64,000 bases of DNA, taken from contig JBBIIG010000001.1 in assembly GCA_037446635.1 (NCBI GenBank), positions 163,268-227,267 on the forward strand, in the 5' to 3' direction. Source of the DNA: a bacterium (GTDB taxonomy: Bacteria > Zhuqueibacterota > Zhuqueibacteria > Oceanimicrobiales > Oceanimicrobiaceae). Of this stretch, positions 49,324 through 58,254 are shown piece by piece; the stretch's first letter is position 1, and each line of letters begins with the position of its first letter. Made by a program: the position numbers and the translations under genes. Below the pieces are notes generated by a model. The model did not search any database, had not been told where the DNA came from, and saw nothing but the letters and a program-made list of their open reading frames with translations.

Positions 49324-49749
49324 TTATGAGGCCAGTTCTTCGGAAAGAATTTTGTAAGATGGAATGAGTTTCGGGTCTGGAACGGCTTGAGGTTTATCCC
49401 ACTCCAGATCTCCCTTCGCCCACACGTACGCCAGCCCAACCAGCAGAATGAAAACAAATATCATCATTTCCACTAAGGCAAAGGCGCCCAAATTTTTGAA
49501 CACCTCCGCCCACGGAAAGAGGAACACAATTTCGACTTCAAAGATCAGAAACACCAACGCAATGACATAAAACCGGATATTGAATTGAATCCACGATTGG
49601 CCGACGGGGAGCTCGCCGCATTCATAGGTACTGATTTTGCCGGGGTGCGGGTTGCGCGTTTGGATGATTCGCGAAAGAATCACGTTCCCAACCACAAACA
49701 GCCCTCCGAAAATCAGGAAGACCAAAATCGTGGCGAAATCGAATAACAT
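49324..49749 (-). CDS. nuoA: NADH-quinone oxidoreductase subunit A
   Basis: Start at MLFDFATILVF (ATG 49749). YECGE and FLIFEVEIVFLFPWA motifs. The track's longer N-terminus is rejected. Confidence 0.88.
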   Translation of the reverse strand: MLFDFATILVFLIFGGLFVVGNVILSRIIQTRNPHPGKISTYECGELPVGQSWIQFNIRFYVIALVFLIFEVEIVFLFPWAEVFKNLGAFALVEMMIFVFILLVGLAYVWAKGDLEWDKPQAVPDPKLIPSYKILSEELAS

Positions 49750-49972
49750 AAAATTCCTTTTGAACGAAACGGGGTAAGACGACTGGTGAAAATTCAACGG
49801 GCGTAGTATAATAAATTTTTGATTTTTAGTCAAGACATAAAAATAAAAAATCGCTTGGCAAGTACAGACAGGCAAACCAAAACAGCTGAAAATAAACACT
49901 TGCCCCTGTCTATTGAATGGTTTATATTCCAGCCATTAAAATCACTCCAATTAAAATGAAAGGGGACAGCCC

Positions 49973-51412
49973 ATGCCCATGAGACGAATGGTTCTCTGTT
50001 TTTTACTGCTACTCACCGCCAGCGCTTTAGCCCAACCGCTGCAATTGGATATGGAGGTGTTCGCCAAACGCCGCGCCGATTTCATGGAAAAAATGGAACC
50101 CAACAGCGTCGCCTTTTTTCCGTGCAAGCCGGTCTATCTGCGCAACCTTGACGTGGAATACGTCTATCGCCAGGAAAGCAATTTCTACTACCTCAGCGGC
50201 TTCGAGGAACCCGAATCGGTTCTGCTTATTAACCCCTCCCACCCAAAATATAAATTCGTGATGTTCGTCCGCAAACGGGATTTGCGCCGGGAGACGTACG
50301 ACGGCCCCCGCGCCGGCATCGAAGGCGCCATGACCACCTTCCGCGCTGATACTGTTTTATATTATGATGACTTCCCCCGCGCCGCCTGGCAATTCATTCA
50401 ATTCGACCGCCCGCTTTATTACACCTTCGGAATCAATCCGGAGCTTGACGACAAAATGCGCGAGTCCTTTGTTGAGCGCCGCGCCGGCGGCAACTGGCCC
50501 ATCAACGATCCGTCGCCCATTCTGGCGCGGATGCGGCTTATCAAGAACGACGGCGATTGGACAATGGGGCTGAAAAAAGCCATCGAGATTTCGGCGCTGG
50601 CGCACCTCGAGGCCATCAAATCCATCGAGCCCGGGATGAACGAGTGCGAAATTCAGGCGGTGTTTGAATACGTCTATCGTAAAAACGGCTCGCCCCGCAA
50701 CGGCTACCCCTGCATCGTCGGCTCCGGACCCAACAGCACCATTTTGCATTACAACATCAACAATCGCCAGATGCGCGACGGCGAAGTGATTTTGATGGAT
50801 TGCGCCGCGGAGTACGGCTACTATTCCGCCGACATCACCCGCACCGTGCCGGTGAACGGCAAATTCAGCAATGAGCAGCGGGAGATTTATGAAATCGTTT
50901 TGGCAGCGCAGGAGGCCGGCATCAAAATGGTGAAGCCGGGCATCAAGAAAAGTGAGATCGACGACGCCATCAGCGAAATTCTCGGCAGCGGGCTGGTGAA
51001 GTTAGGGTTCATCAAAGATAAAAAAGATCACCGCCTGTTCACGCTGCATGGCTACGCCCACTGGATTGGACTGGAGGTGCACGACGTCGGTAGTTACACC
51101 GAAAACGGCAAATCGGTGACGCTGCAGCCCGGCATGGTGTTCACCATCGAGCCGGGGATTTACGTGCGCCCGGACGTGTTCGACAAAATGAAAGAGCGCG
51201 GCTACGGCGAAGAAGAGATTGCGAACATTCGCCCGAAGGTTGAAAAGTACATGCACATCGGCGTGCGCATTGAGGATGATATTGTGGTTACAGAAAGCGG
51301 TTACGAAAACCTCAGCGCCGCGGTGCCGCGGGAGATCGACGCCATCGAAAAACTGATGCGGGAAAAGGGCATCGGCAACGAGGCGCTCACGAATTCAGTC
51401 ACCCAAAAATAG
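49973..51412 (+). CDS. Secreted Xaa-Pro aminopeptidase (M24B)
   Basis: 479 aa. Signal peptide. N-terminal AMP_N-like domain. Metal-ligand pattern DCAAEYGYYSADITRT, HWIGLEVHD, TIEPG, VRIEDD. Confidence 0.9.
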   Translation: MPMRRMVLCFLLLLTASALAQPLQLDMEVFAKRRADFMEKMEPNSVAFFPCKPVYLRNLDVEYVYRQESNFYYLSGFEEPESVLLINPSHPKYKFVMFVRKRDLRRETYDGPRAGIEGAMTTFRADTVLYYDDFPRAAWQFIQFDRPLYYTFGINPELDDKMRESFVERRAGGNWPINDPSPILARMRLIKNDGDWTMGLKKAIEISALAHLEAIKSIEPGMNECEIQAVFEYVYRKNGSPRNGYPCIVGSGPNSTILHYNINNRQMRDGEVILMDCAAEYGYYSADITRTVPVNGKFSNEQREIYEIVLAAQEAGIKMVKPGIKKSEIDDAISEILGSGLVKLGFIKDKKDHRLFTLHGYAHWIGLEVHDVGSYTENGKSVTLQPGMVFTIEPGIYVRPDVFDKMKERGYGEEEIANIRPKVEKYMHIGVRIEDDIVVTESGYENLSAAVPREIDAIEKLMREKGIGNEALTNSVTQK

Positions 51413-51418
51413 GCGGGG

Positions 51419-51814
51419 TCAGGGCCAGACATCCGGCGTGGCCAGCTCCAGCGAGTTGCCGCTGGGATCGCGAAAATAGATCGATCGGCCGCCCTCAGGC
51501 CACTGGTGTTCAATTTCAATGGGAATGTTCAACTCGGCCAGCCGCATTCGCCAAAAATCCAAATCCTTGTGCGCGATGGTAAAGGCGGCGTGCCCCTCGC
51601 CGACCGCGCCGTGGGTGGCCGCCGCGGAACCGGGCTGGCGGGTTTCTTCCGGGTTAAAAAGCAGCAGCATGCTTTCCCCCACGCGAAAAAAGACGTGGCG
51701 GTTGCCGCTTTTAGAATAAGTCGCCAACTCAAAGAGGGTTCGATAAAATCGCTCGGACTCATCGATGTCGGTGACGTAGAGCGCGGTTTCAAGAATTTGG
51801 TTGATCAGCGCCAT
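51419..51814 (-). CDS. VOC/glyoxalase-family protein
   Basis: 131 aa. Paired beta-alpha-beta-beta-beta pattern, FRDPSGNSLEL. Confidence 0.8.
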   Translation of the reverse strand: MALINQILETALYVTDIDESERFYRTLFELATYSKSGNRHVFFRVGESMLLLFNPEETRQPGSAAATHGAVGEGHAAFTIAHKDLDFWRMRLAELNIPIEIEHQWPEGGRSIYFRDPSGNSLELATPDVWP

Positions 51815-52170
51815 ATTTTTTCAGAATACATGCGGGCACGACTTGCAAAATACTCATATTTTGTGGTGGCATGTGATAAAAGTAAAGAAATCAAGTCATT
51901 TTCTTTCAGCCAATCCGGAACGTTGACTGTTTTCTTATGTAACATGGGTTTCACCGCTACTTAAATTTAAGCAAAAAATAATTCAATGAGCGCTAAATAG
52001 CAAGTGTCAAATAAAGTTTAAAAGATGACAAAAAATTGCTCGCGAAAATTTCCCCACCCTTCCCTTGCTTTTTAAATCTCCCTGCCTTATATTCAGCACG
52101 GCAAAATTAAACCGCCTGCCTCATGATTCGTCTCAAAGCCATACTGATTAAAAACTCTGGAGCTTGACCT

Positions 52171-52848
52171 ATGCTGCCACTTGCCAAAGCGCTGTGGTCT
52201 TCGGTAGGCAAGAAATTTATCATGGCCCTCACGGGTTTAGCCATGGTGATTTTCCTCGTCGAACACCTCAGCGGCAACCTACTTTTGTTCAGTCCAAATC
52301 CCAATCCCTACAACAAATATTCGCATTTTCTACTGAGCTTTGGCTGGCTGCTCTATGTTGCTGAGTTTATTCTGATCGCGATTCTGCTTTTTCACATGGT
52401 TTCCGCTATCAGCATCACGCTCGGCAAAAAGAAAGCGCGGCCCATCGATTACGCCAAAACTGCCAACGCCGGCGGCCCCAGCAAAAAGTCCATCGCTTCC
52501 ACAACCATGATTTACACCGGCATCGCGCTGTTTATCTTTCTAGTGATTCATTTGAAGACGTTCAAGTTTGGCCCGGTTTACCTCACCGATGTCGATGGCC
52601 AGGAGATGCGCGACTTGCATGCATTAGTCTGGGAGGTCTTCCGCAAACCTGGCTACGTCATCTGGTACGTCGCCGCGATGATCTTCCTCGGCTCGCATTT
52701 ATGGCACGGCTTCTGGAGCGCGTTCCAATCGCTGGGCATCAGCCATCCGCGCTACACGCCGATCATTTACGGCGCCGGCATTTTCGTGGCTGTGGTTTTG
52801 GCGGTGGGATTTCTCGGCATTCCACTCTGGATATTTTTTATGGGCTGA
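52171..52848 (+). CDS. sdhC: Succinate dehydrogenase/fumarate reductase cytochrome b subunit (b558 single-anchor type)
   Basis: 225 aa, five TM helices, conserved His residues. First gene of sdhCAB. Confidence 0.88.
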   Translation: MLPLAKALWSSVGKKFIMALTGLAMVIFLVEHLSGNLLLFSPNPNPYNKYSHFLLSFGWLLYVAEFILIAILLFHMVSAISITLGKKKARPIDYAKTANAGGPSKKSIASTTMIYTGIALFIFLVIHLKTFKFGPVYLTDVDGQEMRDLHALVWEVFRKPGYVIWYVAAMIFLGSHLWHGFWSAFQSLGISHPRYTPIIYGAGIFVAVVLAVGFLGIPLWIFFMG

Positions 52849-52908
52849 ACTATTCCTAAACTGTTAAGAAACGACAAGGGCACTCGTGACTAAGGCTCAT
52901 CAAATACA

Positions 52909-53047
52909 GTGGATGGATGGATCACTGGATTAATGCCGACCTGTCATTGATCCATTAATCCAAAGCTCCATTACTCCACGTTCTAATCAACCGAGATTTT
53001 ATTAACATAGAACTTGGCAGTTTTAAAAGCTGTGTTATTAATTCAGG
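52909..53047 (+). repeat. Intergenic repeat element, copy B (sdhC-sdhA spacer)
   Basis: CATTGATCCATTAATCCA (52945..52962) and CCATTACTCCACGTTCTAA (52968..52986), identical to copy A. Ends just before the sdhA RBS. Confidence 0.8.
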
Positions 53048-53062
53048 ATAGGAGCATGATAG

Positions 53063-54976
<1,914 letters not shown>

Positions 54977-54997
54977 GTATTGCTGTGAGGAATTTCA

Positions 54998-55336
54998 ATG
55001 AAGAATCTAACGCGAATAACCTTTCATCCAAACGTCATGGGTGGCAAACCTTGCATTCGCGGAATGCGAGTGACCGTCGGTACGATTGTGGGACTTGTTG
55101 CTGGCTTTTTTAAGAAACAAAGAATGGAAGCACAGCACTGGTCGATGATAGGTGATCCGAGAGCATCCGATAGCACAATAATGGAGTGGGCACGAGCAAA
55201 TGGTTATGTTCTATTTACCCATGATCTGGACTTTGGGACATTATTAGCAACGACAAAAGCACAAACAGGCTCTCGAAAAAGAGCGTTGATAACCATAGAC
55301 GAATCTAAATCTCGAGTACGCGTATTGCCGTTTTAG
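54998..55336 (+). pseudogene. In-frame deletion-fusion remnant of a DUF433 antitoxin / DUF5615 (PIN-like) toxin pair
   Basis: Residues 1-36 (ITFHPNVMGGKPCIRGMRVTVGTIVGLVAG) match the DUF433 N-terminal half. The rest (ASDSTIMEWARANGYVLFTHDLDFGTLLA ... [17 protein letters not shown]) matches internal and C-terminal DUF5615 pieces. Each part is too short for a full domain. Confidence 0.6.
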
Positions 55337-55370
55337 TAATCACGTAAAACATTGGAGAGTTAAGAAAACA

Positions 55371-56120
55371 ATGCAAAACATGACCCTCAACCTCAAAATC
55401 TGGCGGCAAAAAAATTCACACAGCAAAGGCCAGTTCGTCACTTACAAACTCGAGAACGTATCTCAGCACATGTCCTTTCTGGAAATGTTGGACGTCCTCA
55501 ACGAGAAGCTCATCAAAGAAGGACAGGATCCGGTGGAATTCGACAACGACTGCCGCGAGGGCATCTGCGGCATGTGCAGCATGGTGATCAACGGCGTGGC
55601 GCACGGCCCGTGGAAAGCCACCGCCACCTGCCAGCTTCACATGCGGCAGTACAAGGACGGCGACACCATCGTCATCGAGCCGTGGCGGGCGCGCGGCTTT
55701 CCAGTTATCAAAGATTTGGTGGTGGACCGCAGCGCGTTCGATCGCATCATCGCCGCAGGCGGCTACATTTCCATGAACGTCGGTGGCGCGCCGGACGCCA
55801 ACGCCCTCCCCATTCCCAAAGACATCGCCGAGGAAGCGATGGACGCGGCAGCCTGCATTGGCTGCGGCGCGTGCGTGGCGGCGTGTCCCAACGCTTCGGC
55901 GTCGCTATTTGTGGCCGCCAAAATCTCGCAGCTTGCGCTGCTGCCGCAGGGGCAACCCGAACGCAAACGCCGTGTGCTGCGCATGGTGGAACAAATGGAC
56001 AAAGAGGGCTTCGGCGATTGCTCCAATCATGGGGAATGCGAAGCCGTTTGCCCGAAGGAAATTTCCATTTCCCACATCGCGCGCATGAGGCGGGAGTATT
56101 GGCGGGCGATGTTCAGTTGA
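55371..56120 (+). CDS. sdhB: Succinate dehydrogenase/fumarate reductase iron-sulfur subunit
   Basis: 249 aa. Cys clusters [23 protein letters not shown] and [12 protein letters not shown]. Confidence 0.95.
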   Translation: MQNMTLNLKIWRQKNSHSKGQFVTYKLENVSQHMSFLEMLDVLNEKLIKEGQDPVEFDNDCREGICGMCSMVINGVAHGPWKATATCQLHMRQYKDGDTIVIEPWRARGFPVIKDLVVDRSAFDRIIAAGGYISMNVGGAPDANALPIPKDIAEEAMDAAACIGCGACVAACPNASASLFVAAKISQLALLPQGQPERKRRVLRMVEQMDKEGFGDCSNHGECEAVCPKEISISHIARMRREYWRAMFS

Positions 56121-56129
56121 CATCGGACG

Positions 56130-56156
56130 TTTACTAAACTTTGGAAGTTTAGTAAA
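56130..56156 (+). terminator. Hairpin after sdhB, GACGTTTAC...GTAAA family (copy 2)
   Basis: TTTACTAAACTT tgg AAGTTTAGTAAA starts 10 nt after the sdhB stop. AT-rich stem, no clear U-tract, so terminator function is uncertain. Confidence 0.45.
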
Positions 56157-56234
56157 ACATGATGCTTCACGCGGATTCAAAAACCACACGGAAAAGCCGG
56201 TGTGGTTTTTTTTGTTCATGTATGCTTTTCCGAA

Positions 56235-56261
56235 AAATATTTGGTTGACAACCAAATATTT
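56235..56261. promoter_or_regulatory. Perfect palindrome (12-bp arms, 3-bp spacer), putative operator
   Basis: AAATATTTGGTT gac AACCAAATATTT. A third half-site, AACCAAATATT, is at 56282..56292, next to the ATPase start. Confidence 0.5.
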
Positions 56262-56301
56262 TCTCAATATTTTCGACTGAAAACCAAATATTGTGCGGCA
56301 C

Positions 56302-57564
56302 ATGAAAGAAATACTCCACTTGCTGAATCCCCATTGGAGAGGCGCGGAACTCAAACTGGGAGTCACGCGGCTGGACTATTTGCAGGCGCTACTTTCTAAC
56401 CTTGAACGACAGGAAGTGAGCATACTCGTCGGCTCACGCCGCGTTGGCAAAACCACTCTCATGTTTCAAGCCATTCACCATTTGATCGCCCACAAAGGGA
56501 TTACGCCAAATCAAATCCTCTACGTCTCCCTCGATCATCTGGCGCTGGCAGATTTTACTATACCAAAAATAATCGAAGGCTTTCGAGCTGAGTTTCGGCA
56601 TCCCCGTGACCGACCTTTGTATCTGTTTTTCGATGAAATTCAAAACGTCTCCGAATGGTCACAGCACTTGAAAAATCTGGTTGATTTCGAAAAGGTGAGA
56701 ATATGTGTCGCTGGCTCCTCGTCCTTGCTGCTGAAACAACAGGAAAGCTATTTGACCGGGCGCACGCTGCGTATGATGATTTTCCCACTGAGCTACCGTG
56801 AGTTTTTGACGTTCAAAAACGTGATGCCCGGTCCGACGGAATTGTATCGTCATGATGGACTGTTGATCGACTATCTTTATCAAGGGGGGTATCCGGAACA
56901 AATTCTTTCTCCCCATCCCACTTACCTCGTGGACTTGCTCGATAATGTGATCAATAAAGACATAGTCCGTGTCTATAGCATCAAAAGTCCGGAAGTTTTA
57001 AACAAGCTTTTGCTGCTGCTTGCCCAACGCCTTGGCCAGCGCACCAGCCATAGCAAGCTGAAAAATATTCTACGCGTATCACACGATATGGTACGCGATT
57101 ACATCGGGCATTTGAAGGACGCATATCTCATCTACGAGGTACCGAAATTTTCCTATTCGGTAAACGAGCAAGTTTATGCCGAGAAAAAATATTACTTCGC
57201 CGATACCGGACTGCGCACGGCTCTGCTTGGACAGCGAGACCTCGGCGGGCTAGCGGAAAACGCGCTTTTCCTTTATTTACAAAAACGATTTGGCCAGGTC
57301 TTCTACGGCCGCGCCAATAGCTACGAAGCCGATTTCGTTGTTCTGGAGCACGGACAGCCGCGCATTTATGAATCAAAATTCAGCGAGCAAATCAATGACG
57401 ACGAGCTGAAACCACTGCTGAAATTCTTGAACAAGTTCAAACCAGAAGCCCATGCTGCCGAAGCAACCGTGGCCACTCGCTCTATTCGTGAATCTCGTGT
57501 CAGCGCAGAGAAGCCGATACAGTTCATCCCGCTTTGGATGCTTTTCATGCAAGGCAACTATTGA
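56302..57564 (+). CDS. AAA-family ATPase with DUF4143 C-terminal domain
   Basis: Walker A GSRRVGKTT. Walker B-like LFFDEIQ. Family-typical N-terminal LLNPHW. Start at MKEILHL. Confidence 0.85.
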   Translation: MKEILHLLNPHWRGAELKLGVTRLDYLQALLSNLERQEVSILVGSRRVGKTTLMFQAIHHLIAHKGITPNQILYVSLDHLALADFTIPKIIEGFRAEFRHPRDRPLYLFFDEIQNVSEWSQHLKNLVDFEKVRICVAGSSSLLLKQQESYLTGRTLRMMIFPLSYREFLTFKNVMPGPTELYRHDGLLIDYLYQGGYPEQILSPHPTYLVDLLDNVINKDIVRVYSIKSPEVLNKLLLLLAQRLGQRTSHSKLKNILRVSHDMVRDYIGHLKDAYLIYEVPKFSYSVNEQVYAEKKYYFADTGLRTALLGQRDLGGLAENALFLYLQKRFGQVFYGRANSYEADFVVLEHGQPRIYESKFSEQINDDELKPLLKFLNKFKPEAHAAEATVATRSIRESRVSAEKPIQFIPLWMLFMQGNY

Positions 57565-57757
57565 CGAGCGCAGTGGCCAAACCGACTGGCGTTTTTAACT
57601 CCGTCAAAAACCCGCGAAATTTTAGTTTCTAACTAAAAATCCTGTAAAGAAATCTCTACAACTGTTTTATAGAATTGATAGAAACGATTTCGAATTAATA
57701 CAAATCATTCGTCTTTAAATTGACGACATTCACACCCCAAACCGAAAGGAGCAAATC

Positions 57758-58105
57758 ATGGCAGCGCCAGTTGTTCATTTTGAAGTCATCGGAAAGGATG
57801 GCAAAAAATTGCAGAACTTCTACAGCAAACTATTCGACTGGAAAATCAACGCCGACAATCCCCTGAATTACGGACTGGTGGAAGCAGGATCGGGCGGCAT
57901 CGGCGGCGGCATTGGCGCCGCGCAGCCCGGACAACCCGCATCCGTAACGTTTTACGTGGGCGTGCCAGACGTCAAAGCGGCATTGAAAAAGGCCGAAAGC
58001 CTGGGCGGAAAAACCGTGGTGCCCGAAACCGAGATTCCTAACATGGTCACGTTCGGAATGTTCGCGGATCCGGAAGGCAACCACGTGGGGGTGGTGCAGC
58101 AGTAA
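57758..58105 (+). CDS. VOC/glyoxalase-family protein
   Basis: 115 aa. VVHFEV...FYSKLFDW...FADPEGNHVGVV. Confidence 0.8.
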   Translation: MAAPVVHFEVIGKDGKKLQNFYSKLFDWKINADNPLNYGLVEAGSGGIGGGIGAAQPGQPASVTFYVGVPDVKAALKKAESLGGKTVVPETEIPNMVTFGMFADPEGNHVGVVQQ

Positions 58106-58178
58106 TTGCTGGTGGTTCCTCCCTCATTTTCGCTTTTTTAAAAATGGAGGAGGTTCGTACCATTACCTACGGTTCACA

Positions 58179-58204
58179 ATTTGTTTTTTAGAAATAAAAA
58201 ACAA
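58179..58204. repeat. AT-rich 11-bp-stem hairpin between convergent genes
   Basis: TTTGTTTTTTA gaaa TAAAAAACAAA. Flanked by the 10-bp inverted repeat GTTCACAATT (58171..58180) / AATTGTGAAC (58239..58248). Confidence 0.6.
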
Positions 58205-58217
58205 ACTGCAAATGGAG

Positions 58218-58245
58218 AATTGTGAATTGTCAATTGTCAATTGTG
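58218..58245. repeat. Four tandem heptamers AATTGTS
   Basis: AATTGTG AATTGTC AATTGTC AATTGTG, read directly. Confidence 0.8.
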
Positions 58246-58254
58246 AACTATGGA

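Noticed and set aside
49750-49899. N-terminal extensions suggested by the ORF track for nuoA, and likewise for pckA (18655..18723), the RND adaptor (26801..26887), DUF4136 (29793..29888) and the receiver (27205..27267)
   Set aside because: The internal Met codons have better RBSs and give family-typical N-termini or signal peptides. The extensions overlap neighbouring genes or have odd composition.
51833-51846. A sigma-54-like motif, GGGCACGACTTGCA, upstream of sdhC
   Set aside because: The GG-to-GC spacing is two bases shorter than the canonical TGGCAC-N5-TTGC, so it is unlikely to be a functional -24/-12 promoter.
58218-58245. The tandem heptamers as a possible CRISPR or minisatellite array
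   Set aside because: The 7-bp units have no spacers, so this is not a CRISPR architecture. No cas genes are in the window.
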